A DNA stretch of 64,000 nt from an uncultured Gammaproteobacteria bacterium (GCA_964491475.1 CAZBFO010000002.1:208501-272500); one strand, 5' to 3'. Shown: positions 9,352 to 19,924, counted from the first letter of the stretch. The notes: generated from the sequence alone by a model not told the origin. Numbers and translations are program-made.

Positions 9352-10566
9352 ATGCCGCCGGAAATGCCGCAAAAATCTCCGCCAAGCCTGCCGCAGAAGC
9401 CGTACACGTTGGATAGCGTGCAGACCATGCCGCACGTGCCCAATAGGCCGATGCGCCAGTCCATCGCCTTGTATCGCCGTATCGTCACGGTGTTCTTGGT
9501 GTTGACCGTGCTGGTGGCGGTGATGGTGGCTTACGTGGTGCTGTCGCGCGCCTCCATCGTGATCCTCTCCAAGCAGGATTCGGCCAACGCCGACTTCATC
9601 GTGGACGTGGCAACCAAGCCGAGCGCCAACGAAGTCGCCGGTACCGTGCTGCAGGCCGAGGACTCGCTCACCGAGACGTTCCCGTCGTCGTCCGTCATCA
9701 AGATCGACGCGCCGGCCGAGGGCAAGGTGAAAATTTCGAGCACGCTGTTCCGTCCGCAGACGCTCATCGCCACCACGCGCCTGCTCACGCCCGACGGCGT
9801 GCTGTTCCGGCTCAAGAAGACGGTGGTCGTGCCGGCCGGCGGCAGCGTCGTCGCCGACGTGCATGCCGATCAGCCTGGCGCGTCGGGCAACGTCGCCGGC
9901 GTCACCTTCGCGATCCCGGGCCTCAATGCAGAGACCGCACGTTTCTTCACCGTCACCACGGTCGATTCCATCGAGGGTGGAGTGAAGGACCAGCACATGC
10001 TTACGAAGGAAGACATCGCTACGGCAGCCGAGGCGTTGGGAACGAAGCTGAAGGGGTCGTTGGCCGACGCGCTCCGCCAAAAGGCCAAGGATGCCGGAGT
10101 GCAGACTGGCGGGGAATTCATCAGCTACGACGTCGTCCGCCAGTCCACCAACGTCCCCGTCGGCGACGAAGGCACGCAATTCTCGCTTACGCTCGACCTT
10201 AAGGCCACCGGCGTCTTCTACGACGCCAAAGCGTTCGCCGACCGCGTGAATGCCAACATCACCGATCACCTGCCGTACGGCCGCGGGCTGCTGTCCGTCG
10301 AGGACGGCTCCGTAACCACCGAAGTCGAGAAGGTCGACCTGGTCGCCAATCGCGCCAATCTGCATGTCACCGCCAAAGGCACTACGGTGCTTTCGCCCGA
10401 TTCGCCCGCACTCCGCAAGGAGAAACTGCTGGGCGTGACCGCCGACGCCGCCAAGAAATACCTGGAGCGCATCGACGGCGTCTCCTCGGCTTCCGTGCGC
10501 GTGACGCCGTTCTGGATCGGCCGATTGCCGAACGTGCCGGAACATATCACCATCGAGGTCCGCTAA
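9352..10566 (+). CDS. Membrane-anchored protein with a baseplate J-like domain (CPR type)
   Basis: Single N-terminal TM, TRLLTPDGVLFRL...V.VPAGG...ADQPGASGN pattern. Confidence 0.55.
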   Translation: MPPEMPQKSPPSLPQKPYTLDSVQTMPHVPNRPMRQSIALYRRIVTVFLVLTVLVAVMVAYVVLSRASIVILSKQDSANADFIVDVATKPSANEVAGTVLQAEDSLTETFPSSSVIKIDAPAEGKVKISSTLFRPQTLIATTRLLTPDGVLFRLKKTVVVPAGGSVVADVHADQPGASGNVAGVTFAIPGLNAETARFFTVTTVDSIEGGVKDQHMLTKEDIATAAEALGTKLKGSLADALRQKAKDAGVQTGGEFISYDVVRQSTNVPVGDEGTQFSLTLDLKATGVFYDAKAFADRVNANITDHLPYGRGLLSVEDGSVTTEVEKVDLVANRANLHVTAKGTTVLSPDSPALRKEKLLGVTADAAKKYLERIDGVSSASVRVTPFWIGRLPNVPEHITIEVR

Positions 10567-10600
10567 AAGAAAAAATCCCGCGTAGGCGGGATTTGCCGTT

Positions 10601-10978
10601 TCAGAGCGGCCAGATGGCAGCGCCGCGTTTGTAGTACACCGGTATGTCGTCGAAGATTTTCGGGAACACGACCCAGGTGCTGCGGTCGGGAATGTCTGCG
10701 GGGTTCGTGCCCGTCTCTTTTGGAAAAGAGTGTTCGTCTGGCCGGTCTTTGTCGTGCGTGAGTCCCGCGGGCAGCCACTCGGCGAGAATGGCCTCTTCTC
10801 CGGGTTGGCAGCCGAATTCTGCAAGGCGCGAGGCGGCACAGAATTTGGAATGACTTACGACGTTGAGCGTGACTGGCGTGCCGTCGCCGCCCTCGATGGT
10901 GCCGACCGCCCCCATGAAGCTTCGGCCGAAGCTCTGTTTCTTGAATTTGGCAAGCTGCTCGTCGCTGAACTGGCTCAT
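10601..10978 (-). CDS. Hypothetical protein
   Basis: ORF with AGGA SD and an upstream TGCTATGAT -10 element. Confidence 0.55.
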   Translation of the reverse strand: MSQFSDEQLAKFKKQSFGRSFMGAVGTIEGGDGTPVTLNVVSHSKFCAASRLAEFGCQPGEEAILAEWLPAGLTHDKDRPDEHSFPKETGTNPADIPDRSTWVVFPKIFDDIPVYYKRGAAIWPL

Positions 10979-11141
10979 GGTACTTTCCTGCTGGCATGTG
11001 GGAAGGAACAACGTTTTGCATCATAGCAAAATCGGTCGCAAAACATAACCGGTACGCCCCTTGCTGATACCCGACTGACGGGGTACTCTTTTTCAGTATT
11101 TCCCCGGCTTTTCCGTCTTTGTCTTTTCGCTTATTTCCGCT

Positions 11142-12962
11142 ATGGCAGCAAAGAAACCCACCGAATTTACCCCTGTCGACACCATGCGCCACTCGGCAGC
11201 CCACGTGCTGGCCGCGGCCATCATGGAGATGTTTCCCGAGGCCAAGCTGGGCATCGGACCGGTCATCGAGAACGGCTTCTATTACGACATCGACGTGCCG
11301 CGCCCGATCACCACGCTCGACCTCCAAAAGCTGGAGGCGCGCATGGGCAAGATCATGCAGCGCAACGAGCCCTTCGTTCGTGAGGAGCTGAAGATCGACG
11401 ACGCCATCGAGATGTTCCGCCAGATGAAGCAGGACTACAAGGTGGAACTGCTGACCGACCTCAAGACCAAGGGCAGCACCGCCGCCGTTTCCGACGACGA
11501 GGCTGTCGACATCGACGCCGCCAAGCCGGACATGGCTTCGATTTACCGCACCGGAAAATTCGTGGACCTCTGCCGCGGTCCGCACGTGGAGCGCGCAGGG
11601 CAGGCCGGCGCCATCAAGCTGAAGTCGGTCGCCGGCGCCTATTGGCGCGGCAACCAGGCCAACAAGCAGCTGCAGCGCATTTACGGTTACGCTTTCCCCA
11701 CCAAGGCCGATCTCGAGAACTTCCTCAAGATGATGGAAGAGGCCGAGAAGCGCGACCATCGCAAGCTCGGTGCCGAGCTGGACCTGTTCGTGTTTTCCGA
11801 TCTGGTCGGTCCGGGCCTGCCGCTGTTCACGCCACGCGGCCAGTTCCTGCGCTCGCAGCTCGACGACTACGTGTGGAGCATGCGCTCGGCCGCCGGCTAC
11901 GACCGCGTCGAGATTCCGCATATCACCAAGAAGGATTTGTACGAGAAGTCCGGTCACTGGGCCAAGTACAAGGACGACCTGTTCCGCTTCAAGACGCGCG
12001 AGGGGCACGAGTTCGCCATGAAGCCGATGAACTGCCCGCACCACACCCAGATCTACAACCGCCGCCAGTGGAGCTATCGCGAGCTGCCGCAGCGCTACGC
12101 CAACAGCACCATGGTCTACCGCGACGAGCAGTCGGGCGAGCTTTCCGGCTTGTCGCGCGTGCGCGCCTTCACCCAGGACGACGCCCACGTCTTCTGCCGC
12201 GTCGGCCAGATGCAGAAGGAAATGGCGGTCATTTGGGACTTCATTCATAAGTTCTACGGCGTGTTCGGTTTTGACCTCAAGCTGCGCTTGTCGCTGCACG
12301 ATCCCAAGAACCCCGAGAAGTACTTGGGAAGCAAGGAGACCTGGAAGGTCGCCGAAGACGCGTTGCGCCAGGTGGCCAAGGCGAAAAAGAAATCCTACGA
12401 CGAAGCTCCGGGCGAAGCCGCCTTCTACGGTCCCAAGCTGGACTTCATGGCCAAGGATTCCATCGGACGCTCCTGGCAGGTGGCCACCATTCAGCTCGAC
12501 TTCTCGCAACCCGCCAGCTTCGACCTGACCTGCATGAACGAGAAGGGGGAGAAGGAAGGCATCGTGATGATTCACGCCGCCATCATGGGCTCGATCGACC
12601 GCTTCCTCTCCGTGATGATCGAGCACACCGCCGGTCACTTCCCGGCCTGGCTGGCGCCGACGCAGGTGCAGCTGATTCCCGTCGGCAAGACGCATGCGGC
12701 CACCGTCAAGAAGCTCCACAAGATGCTCGCTGCCGAAGGCATCCGCGTGGCCTCATCGGAACCTACCGCTTCCGTCGGCTACAACATCCGCAACGCCGAG
12801 AAGATGAAGGTGCCCTACATGCTGGTCATCGGCGACAAGGAAAAGAAGCTGACCTCCCTGAACGTCCGCATCCGCGGCAACGCCAAGGAGAAGAAGATGT
12901 CGTTCAAGCAATTCGTGAAGCACGTCACCGAGAACGCCGCCAAGAAGAAGCTGAAGCCGTAA
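11142..12962 (+). CDS. thrS: Threonine--tRNA ligase (no N-terminal TGS domain)
   Basis: RHSAAH, DLCRGPH, KPMNCP, GEAAFYGPK. Confidence 0.97.
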   Translation: MAAKKPTEFTPVDTMRHSAAHVLAAAIMEMFPEAKLGIGPVIENGFYYDIDVPRPITTLDLQKLEARMGKIMQRNEPFVREELKIDDAIEMFRQMKQDYKVELLTDLKTKGSTAAVSDDEAVDIDAAKPDMASIYRTGKFVDLCRGPHVERAGQAGAIKLKSVAGAYWRGNQANKQLQRIYGYAFPTKADLENFLKMMEEAEKRDHRKLGAELDLFVFSDLVGPGLPLFTPRGQFLRSQLDDYVWSMRSAAGYDRVEIPHITKKDLYEKSGHWAKYKDDLFRFKTREGHEFAMKPMNCPHHTQIYNRRQWSYRELPQRYANSTMVYRDEQSGELSGLSRVRAFTQDDAHVFCRVGQMQKEMAVIWDFIHKFYGVFGFDLKLRLSLHDPKNPEKYLGSKETWKVAEDALRQVAKAKKKSYDEAPGEAAFYGPKLDFMAKDSIGRSWQVATIQLDFSQPASFDLTCMNEKGEKEGIVMIHAAIMGSIDRFLSVMIEHTAGHFPAWLAPTQVQLIPVGKTHAATVKKLHKMLAAEGIRVASSEPTASVGYNIRNAEKMKVPYMLVIGDKEKKLTSLNVRIRGNAKEKKMSFKQFVKHVTENAAKKKLKP

Positions 12963-12980
12963 TCTCGCGGCTAGGCAATC

Positions 12981-13008
12981 AAAAACCGGTCCGCAGGGGA
13001 CCGGTTTT
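12981..13008. terminator. Bidirectional intrinsic terminator
   Basis: AAAACCGGTCC-loop-GGACCGGTTTT between convergent genes. Confidence 0.75.
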
Positions 13009-13030
13009 GTCATTGCGCATTGTTGGGTCG

Positions 13031-13318
13031 TTACTGTCGGCCCGGCTGGTTGCGTTCGGCAGTGATTTGCCGCGAGCGCTGCGCCTGCAGGGGATTGGTG
13101 CGGGCGTTGCCCATGGCGTTGGCCGTCGCTTCCATCTCGGACAGGCTCTTGCCCATCTTGTCGAAGGTGTCGAGGGCCTGGTCCTTGGCGCGCTGATCGG
13201 CGATACCGTGCTTGCTGCGCAGGTAGTCAGCCGCCTTTTCCAGGCCGGCGCGGGCGCGGACGATCTTTTCCTCGAGCTCCGCCTTGTTCTGGGCGGCGAT
13301 GCGCTCGGCATCGTTCAT
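13031..13318 (-). CDS. Hypothetical helical protein (possibly a frameshifted longer gene)
   Basis: Coding-like codon usage, charged helical sequence. Confidence 0.55.
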   Translation of the reverse strand: MNDAERIAAQNKAELEEKIVRARAGLEKAADYLRSKHGIADQRAKDQALDTFDKMGKSLSEMEATANAMGNARTNPLQAQRSRQITAERNQPGRQ

Positions 13319-13526
13319 GTCGGCGCGGCGTTCCGATGCGTTTTCGGCCTGCGCGCCGACCCGCCTGTGCGGCTCCGTGGATCGGCGACGCCGCTTTCGG
13401 GAGCCTGCTCTTCGGAACCGTTCTTGCCGTCTTCGCGCGGCTTCATGTCACGGAGCATTTCCGGTTTAAGCATCTCGTTCACAGGCAGGTGGAGACGGGC
13501 TTTAGTAGGGGGCGATATCGCTATTG

Positions 13527-14732
13527 CTATTGCTTATTCTGCGCCCTGATACTGAGGCCTTCCTTGCTGCGGTCGGTGTGCAGTTTCCGTTCGTCAAGGT
13601 CGGCTTTTGCCTTGTTGTAATCCTCAAGCAGGCTGGCGTACGTGTCCATCAGGCTGTTCACTTCTCGGGTCTTTTTGTTGAAGAGCCCGCCGAAAAAACC
13701 CTTGACCTTACCGAACGCTCCATCGATGGTGCGCCTGTTATAGGCGTCCTCGAGATTGGTGACGCCGCGGTCGCCGAGCGCCTTCTTGGCACGCTCCAGC
13801 TGCTGTTCGATCACCGGCATGGCCTCAGCGGCCTTCATCGCCTTCTCGTATTTCTGGGCCTCGACTTCTCCCATGCCTTCGGCGAAGGTGTTCTTCTCGG
13901 TCGGCTGTTTTGCACCGTGCAGCTTGTCGATGACCTCGCCGCGCCTCATGAAGTTGGCTTCCAGCTCGTCCGCGTGCTGCTGTTCGGCGGCGATTTCATC
14001 CCAGCCGGCGTCGACGGCCTTCAGTTCCTCATGCTCGCGCATGGTCTCGTCGACACGGGCCTCGCGATCCTTCATCCGCTTTTCCTTGTTTGCAAGCTGC
14101 GCGACCTTTTCGCGAAGGCCGTAGCCGTCGGGGATTTTCTCGAGAGCGGACGAGTTGGGGAAATGCATCGCCGAATCAATCCAGCCCTTCAGCTCCTTGG
14201 CCGAAATCTTTTTGCCGGACTCGGTCTCCATGCTGCCGATCATGTCGACGACGTTCTTGATCGCCTCGATGGAACCCGCCGCACCGACGGTTTCGGTATA
14301 CAGTTCGGCCTTCTCCTTCGCTTCCTGCTGCTCGCGCTGGAAATCCTCCGAGTCGCGATGGATGGAAGCCACCTCGAGCCTGTTCAAAGCGTCATCACTG
14401 GCCTTGCGGTCGGCGGCGGCCTTTTCTTCGGCCGACATCTCCGGAGCGCCCTCGCGGTCGGGGCGAGCGGCGTATTCGGAAGCCTGACGCACCGACTCCT
14501 CCATCCGCTCGCGGCGCATCTTGTCCGACTTCAAATTGAGCTTCTCCATCGTGGGAGCTGAAGTCACCACGTCATCGTCTGGAGAGGCGTCCGACGTCTC
14601 AATGATGTCCGCGTCGGTGAGCTCCTCGGCCTGCTCCTCCTGCTTGGGCGCTTCTTTGGGAGCTTCCGATTTCTTGCGCTTGCCCGACGATCGCTTTGCT
14701 TCTTCAGGCGTGAATCCGCGTTCGCTCATCAT
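13527..14732 (-). CDS. Acidic coiled-coil hypothetical protein
   Basis: 401-aa E/K/A-rich ORF with an upstream TGCTATACT promoter. Confidence 0.75.
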   Translation of the reverse strand: MMSERGFTPEEAKRSSGKRKKSEAPKEAPKQEEQAEELTDADIIETSDASPDDDVVTSAPTMEKLNLKSDKMRRERMEESVRQASEYAARPDREGAPEMSAEEKAAADRKASDDALNRLEVASIHRDSEDFQREQQEAKEKAELYTETVGAAGSIEAIKNVVDMIGSMETESGKKISAKELKGWIDSAMHFPNSSALEKIPDGYGLREKVAQLANKEKRMKDREARVDETMREHEELKAVDAGWDEIAAEQQHADELEANFMRRGEVIDKLHGAKQPTEKNTFAEGMGEVEAQKYEKAMKAAEAMPVIEQQLERAKKALGDRGVTNLEDAYNRRTIDGAFGKVKGFFGGLFNKKTREVNSLMDTYASLLEDYNKAKADLDERKLHTDRSKEGLSIRAQNKQ

Positions 14733-14871
14733 AGTGATTATGCGTAAAAAGGTAACCCAGCGTTATCGCCCTTTAGTATAGCAAAATTTTGCCTGCAGGT
14801 CAACGAAAAGAGGCTATTTCGGCGCATTGACGCATGGCCGTTCCGGTGCTAGTCTAAGCCAGATTTCGCCT

Positions 14872-16212
14872 ATGCCACGCGCCAAATACCATCTCATCAC
14901 CCTGGGTTGCCAGATGAACAAGTCCGACTCCGAGAGGGTCGCGACGGTTTTGGATCGCATGGGCATGCAGGAGACTGCCGTCGAGGACGATGCCGACCTC
15001 ATTCTCATCAATTCGTGCTCGGTGCGTCAGACTGCCGAGGACCGCATCTTCGGCAAGATGCGCGATTTCGGCCGGATGAAGGAGAAGAATCCGAAGTTGA
15101 TCGTCGGCGTTACCGGTTGTCTTCCCGGTCGCGACAAAGATGGCGTGATCCGCGCCAAGATGCCGGTGGCCGATCTGTATTTTCCCATCAAGGACCTGCC
15201 GCAGCTGCCGCGCTGGATGGCCGAACTGAACCCCGACTTCGCCAACGAAGGCGACGTGGAGAACGACTACCTGGCCGTGAAGCCTCGCTATGCCAGCGAG
15301 AAGCAGGCCTACGTCTCGATTCAGACCGGCTGCAACAAGTTCTGCACCTACTGCGTGGTGCCGTTCTCGCGCGGCCTGGAGAAGAACCGTCCGGCGGCGG
15401 ATATCATCAATGAAATCCGCGAACGCACCGAGAAGGGGACGGTCGAGGTGACGTTGCTCGGCCAAACCGTCAACGCCTATCGCGCACCCGATCGCGCGAC
15501 AGGATTTTCGCCGGAAAATCCTTACAAAGACGACTTCGCAGCGCTGCTTTGGGAGGTCAATCAGATCCCGGGCATCGAGCGCATCCACTATACCGCCCCG
15601 CACCCGCGCCACATGACCGACGAGGTCATCGACGCGCTGACTTTGCCCAAGCACGTCAACTATCTGCACCTGCCCGTGCAGGCCGGCAACGACGAAGTGC
15701 TGCGCCGCATGAACCGCCGTTACGGCTGCGCCGAGTTCCTTGAAGTCATCCGCAAAGTGCGCGTCAAATGCCCGACCATCGGCATCGGCACCGACATCAT
15801 CGTCGGCTTCTGCGGCGAAACCGAGGAACAGTTCGAGGATACCGTGGCCATGTACAAGGCCGCCGACTTCGACATCTCCTATACCGCCCAGTACAGCCCG
15901 CGCTCCGGCACCGCCGCCTACCGCGCCTTCAAGGACGACGTGCCGCGTCTGGAAAAGAAGCGCCGTTGGCTCAAATTGCAGAACCTGATGGAAGAGATCG
16001 TCCTTCGCAAGAACCAGGCTTACGTGGGACGCGAAGTCGAAGTGCTGGTCGATTCGTGGGACCACAGCGTGGCTTCCGGCCAGTCGCGCGAGATGAAACT
16101 GACCCGTTTCAACTCCGCCGAGGACTTGCGCGGGGCCACCGTGCGCGTGCGCGTCACCAAGGCTTTTGAGTGGATGCTTTCTTCGGAGCTGGTGTCGGTG
16201 GTTCGCCACTGA
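14872..16212 (+). CDS. miaB: tRNA-i6A37 methylthiotransferase
   Basis: TLGCQMN, NSCSVR, radical SAM CNKFCTYC, C-terminal TRAM domain. Confidence 0.95.
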   Translation: MPRAKYHLITLGCQMNKSDSERVATVLDRMGMQETAVEDDADLILINSCSVRQTAEDRIFGKMRDFGRMKEKNPKLIVGVTGCLPGRDKDGVIRAKMPVADLYFPIKDLPQLPRWMAELNPDFANEGDVENDYLAVKPRYASEKQAYVSIQTGCNKFCTYCVVPFSRGLEKNRPAADIINEIRERTEKGTVEVTLLGQTVNAYRAPDRATGFSPENPYKDDFAALLWEVNQIPGIERIHYTAPHPRHMTDEVIDALTLPKHVNYLHLPVQAGNDEVLRRMNRRYGCAEFLEVIRKVRVKCPTIGIGTDIIVGFCGETEEQFEDTVAMYKAADFDISYTAQYSPRSGTAAYRAFKDDVPRLEKKRRWLKLQNLMEEIVLRKNQAYVGREVEVLVDSWDHSVASGQSREMKLTRFNSAEDLRGATVRVRVTKAFEWMLSSELVSVVRH

Positions 16213-16283
16213 TGCCGCGCGGCTTGCGACCGGTCATGGCGGCAGGCATGCTGAAAGGGAATAAGGATTGATCCTCGACGCTT

Positions 16284-17531
16284 GTGCAAACGGACGTTCG
16301 GGCAAAAAACATCTCGGCCGCGGCCCGGTTTCTTTCGGCGTACCGTTTCGAATTGCTGCTCTTGGCCGTGGCGGCCGCATTGTGGTGGCCCTACGCCGAC
16401 GGCCGCTCCACCTACGCCTACGCCGAGCTTGTACGCGACTTGTCCGTCACGCGCGACTTGGCTGCGGGTCATGTCGTGCTGCTGGGCCCGCCGTCGAGTC
16501 TCGGCGCGTTCCGTTTTGGGCCGGCGTACTACTTTCTCCTGCTTCCGTTCGCCGCGATTTTCGGGTTCGCGCGTTACTCGTTGGCGGCCGCCAGCATGCT
16601 GTTTTTGCTGGCGACCGTGGCGCTGGTCGGCGTGCTGTGCCGGCGATGGTTCGGGGATCGGACGCTGTCGCTGCTGGCGATGGCCATGATGGTCCTTGCG
16701 AACATCGATTTGCAGCTGGCCAAATACGGTTCGAATCCGAACTTCGTCCCGTTTTTCACGGCGCTGTTCTTCTTGGCGATGGAGCGCCTGATTGACGGCT
16801 CTCGACGCTCTCGGGACTGGGCCGTGCTGGGACTGGCCACGGGCGTGCTCGTGCAGCTGCACGCGGTGCCGCTGATCGTCATTCCCCTGGTGTTGGCGGT
16901 CGCACTGGGCAAGAAGTGGCTGCGCTTCTCCATGCGCGGATTCGGCTGGTTCGCGTCTGCCGCGGCCGTCGTGCTGTCGCCGCCGCTCTGGTACGAGGCG
17001 ACGCACGGATTTTCAAACGCTGCGGCGTTGTTCGGCATCGCTCACCAGCCGTTTGATTTGCCGGGATACTCGGCGCATTTCTGCGACTACCTGGGCTTTT
17101 GGTTTTCGCCGTGGATCTCGCTGCACGGCTACTTCAACGTCTTCAACTACTGGGGTATCGGATTGTTCGCCCTGGCCGCGCCGTTGTCGGTCGCGTTATT
17201 CGTTGCTGTCCGACGGGACTTGCGGTCTACACGGACGACGCAATTCACGACGGCGATCCGTCCGTCGGTGCAACGCGCGCTGCGGCTGTGGCTCGCCGTT
17301 CCCTCCGCGGTCTTGCTTGCGCCCGTGCCGGGCTTGCGCGTGCTCCACGTCTATTACTTTTTCACGCTGCTTCCCGTCGCTTTCATCGTCTACGCGTTGC
17401 TCGTGCGTCGGCTCTGGCTGAACGGCCGGCGGCGCGTTACCATAGTCCTGGCGTTCACTTTCCTGCTGCTGCAGATCGCCCAGCTGGCGCTGTACTGGCA
17501 GGTGGTAGGAGCGCAACTGATTCCATCCTGA
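16284..17531 (+). CDS. ArnT/PMT-like (GT-C) membrane glycosyltransferase
   Basis: RD...LLGPPSS...GPAYY, NPN motif, many TM helices. Confidence 0.75.
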   Translation: MQTDVRAKNISAAARFLSAYRFELLLLAVAAALWWPYADGRSTYAYAELVRDLSVTRDLAAGHVVLLGPPSSLGAFRFGPAYYFLLLPFAAIFGFARYSLAAASMLFLLATVALVGVLCRRWFGDRTLSLLAMAMMVLANIDLQLAKYGSNPNFVPFFTALFFLAMERLIDGSRRSRDWAVLGLATGVLVQLHAVPLIVIPLVLAVALGKKWLRFSMRGFGWFASAAAVVLSPPLWYEATHGFSNAAALFGIAHQPFDLPGYSAHFCDYLGFWFSPWISLHGYFNVFNYWGIGLFALAAPLSVALFVAVRRDLRSTRTTQFTTAIRPSVQRALRLWLAVPSAVLLAPVPGLRVLHVYYFFTLLPVAFIVYALLVRRLWLNGRRRVTIVLAFTFLLLQIAQLALYWQVVGAQLIPS

Positions 17532-17544
17532 TCGATTTCCGCGC

Positions 17545-18957
17545 ATGCTTTCCAAGTCCGACTTCATGAAATACGTCGAGTGTCCCTGCCTGCTGTGGTT
17601 GCAGAAGTGCAGGCCCGATTTGCTGCCCCCGGTCGATGCCGCCACCGAGCGGTTGTTCGCTGCCGGTCGCGAAGTAGACTTGGAGTCGCGCAAGCTTTTT
17701 CCCGGCGGAAAGGAAGTGGCCGGCTTCGTCTTCGACGGCTGGCGCAACACGCAGCGCGCCTTGGCCGAAGGGCACGAGGTGCTGTTCCAGCCCACGGCCG
17801 TTGCCGGCCAGCTTCATGCCCGGGCCGACATCCTCACCCGCAACCGCGAAGCCGGAGCTTGGGACATCCGCGAGGTGAAGATGGCAACGCGGGTGAAGGA
17901 CGAGCATCTCACCGACCTGGCTTTCCAGTATTTGTGTTTCCGCAACGCCAAGGTGGAAGTGAAGCGCACCCACCTGGTGCACATCAACAACCGCTACATC
18001 CGCCGCGGCGCTGTTGATCCGCGCAAGCTCTTCGCGTCCGAAGACGTCACCGAACAAGTCCAAAAAGAGGCGCTGCGGGTGCGGCGCCAGATTCCCAAGG
18101 CGCTGGCGGTGCTCGAATGGGGCCGCGTGCCCGGCGAACGCAACGTGAAGGCCTGCGTCGACGAGAAGACCTGCGAGTACCTCGGTTCGTATTTGGCCGA
18201 GTTGCCCGCGCCGTTGCGCGCGAAATTGGAGGAGCTGCGCGCCAAGGAGCCGCTGCCGAATCCGCCGATCATCCGCATCAACGGACTGAAGATCAAGAAG
18301 GCGATTCAGGACTTGCACCGCCCGTTCCAATTCCTCGATTACGAGACCTTCAGCCCGGCCATCCCGATGTTCGACGGCTACCGCCCTTACGAGGCGGTGA
18401 CCTTTCAGTATTCGCTGCACCTGCAGGACACGCCGGACGCCAAACCGCGCCATGTCGCTTACCTGCACGATCAGATGAGCGATCCGGCCCCGGCGCTTTC
18501 GGCGCACCTGCGGCAGCATGCCTTGCCCGGGGGCACCTTCGTGGCCTGGTACGCCCGTTTCGAAAAGGACCGCAACACCGAAATGGGCAAGCGCCTGCCG
18601 GAGTTCGAGCCGTTCTACGCCTCGGTCAACGACCGCATGTACGACCCCATCGCCCTGTTCAAGAAGAAGGGCGGGTCGTATTTCCACTCCGATTTCATGG
18701 GCAGCGCCTCGCTCAAGAAGGTATTGCCCGTGCTGGCACCGGAGCTTTCCTACAAGGACCTGGCCATTCAGGAAGGCGAGACGGCCTCGAACGGCTGGCC
18801 GACGCTGATTGATCCCCATACGCCCGCCGCCAAACGAGACAAGCTCCGCGATGACATGCTGGCCTATTGCGGCCGCGATACCTTGGCGATGGTGCGCATC
18901 ATGGAGCATCTTGACGAGGTGACTTCCGACGGGAAGCGACGCTTGCCCGGATTATGA
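17545..18957 (+). CDS. DUF2779 domain protein (RecB-like nuclease plus RNase H-like domain)
   Basis: LSKSDF..C...LW, ARADIL...EVK, FLDYET, ASLKKVLP, YCxxDT. Confidence 0.8.
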   Translation: MLSKSDFMKYVECPCLLWLQKCRPDLLPPVDAATERLFAAGREVDLESRKLFPGGKEVAGFVFDGWRNTQRALAEGHEVLFQPTAVAGQLHARADILTRNREAGAWDIREVKMATRVKDEHLTDLAFQYLCFRNAKVEVKRTHLVHINNRYIRRGAVDPRKLFASEDVTEQVQKEALRVRRQIPKALAVLEWGRVPGERNVKACVDEKTCEYLGSYLAELPAPLRAKLEELRAKEPLPNPPIIRINGLKIKKAIQDLHRPFQFLDYETFSPAIPMFDGYRPYEAVTFQYSLHLQDTPDAKPRHVAYLHDQMSDPAPALSAHLRQHALPGGTFVAWYARFEKDRNTEMGKRLPEFEPFYASVNDRMYDPIALFKKKGGSYFHSDFMGSASLKKVLPVLAPELSYKDLAIQEGETASNGWPTLIDPHTPAAKRDKLRDDMLAYCGRDTLAMVRIMEHLDEVTSDGKRRLPGL

Positions 18958-18967
18958 TCCCGCCGTC

Positions 18968-19924
18968 ATGCGACCTCTCCCCAAACTCATCGCCATAGTC
19001 GGCCCGACCGCCTCGGGCAAGACTGACCTGGCCGTATCTCTCGCCAAGAAGTTTCATGGCGAAATCATTTCCGCGGACTCGCGGCAGTTTTATCGCGGGA
19101 CGGAAATCGGTTCGGACATCCCCAAGGGGAAGTGGACGCGTCTCAAAGATCGGGGACGCGACGGCAAGCTGCGCCCGGCGAAACGGCTGACCTACATGGT
19201 GAAGGGGCTGCCGCACTACCTGATGAACTTCCTGTCTCCATCGAAGACCTTCACCGTCGCCCAGCTCAAGGACCACGTCGTGCGCATCGCCCGCGACATC
19301 GCCAAGAGGGGAAACGTGCCGTTCCTGGTGGGCGGGACGGGTCTGTATGCCAAAGCCGTGATAGATAATTACGACATTCCAGAGGTGCCGCCGAATCCGG
19401 TTTTCCGCGCCAAGATGGAAAAGCGCACCACGGCAGCGCTTTTCAAGGAGCTGGCTAAAAAGGATTCGGCATACGCCGCCCGTATTCCCGCGAACAACCG
19501 CCGTTACGCGATCCGTGCCCTCGAAGTGATGGCTGCCACCGGCAAGACCGTCACCGAGGCGCAGCAGAAGGGCGAGCCGCTGTTTGACGTGCTGCAGATC
19601 GGCATTCAGCGCCCACGCGACGCCATGTACGCGCGCATCAACGCCCGCGTGGACGCGATGATGAAGCGCGGCTTGCTCAAGGAGGCCGAGAGCCTCGGCA
19701 AGAAGTACGGATGGGACATTCCGGCGATGAGCGGCTTGGGTCATCGGCAGCTCGGCGCTTACGTGCGGGGCGAAACGACTTTGGCCGAGGCCGTGGAGCG
19801 CGTGAAGGCCGACACGAGGCATTTTGCCAAGCGCCAAGTCACCTGGTTCAAGCGCGATTCTCGCATCCATTGGGTCAAAACCGAAGCGGAAGCCGCGCGA
19901 ATTGTGAAGAAGTTCCTTTCTTGA
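18968..19924 (+). CDS. miaA: tRNA dimethylallyltransferase
   Basis: GPTASGKT, SADSRQ, VGGTGLY, AKRQVTWF. Confidence 0.95.
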   Translation: MRPLPKLIAIVGPTASGKTDLAVSLAKKFHGEIISADSRQFYRGTEIGSDIPKGKWTRLKDRGRDGKLRPAKRLTYMVKGLPHYLMNFLSPSKTFTVAQLKDHVVRIARDIAKRGNVPFLVGGTGLYAKAVIDNYDIPEVPPNPVFRAKMEKRTTAALFKELAKKDSAYAARIPANNRRYAIRALEVMAATGKTVTEAQQKGEPLFDVLQIGIQRPRDAMYARINARVDAMMKRGLLKEAESLGKKYGWDIPAMSGLGHRQLGAYVRGETTLAEAVERVKADTRHFAKRQVTWFKRDSRIHWVKTEAEAARIVKKFLS

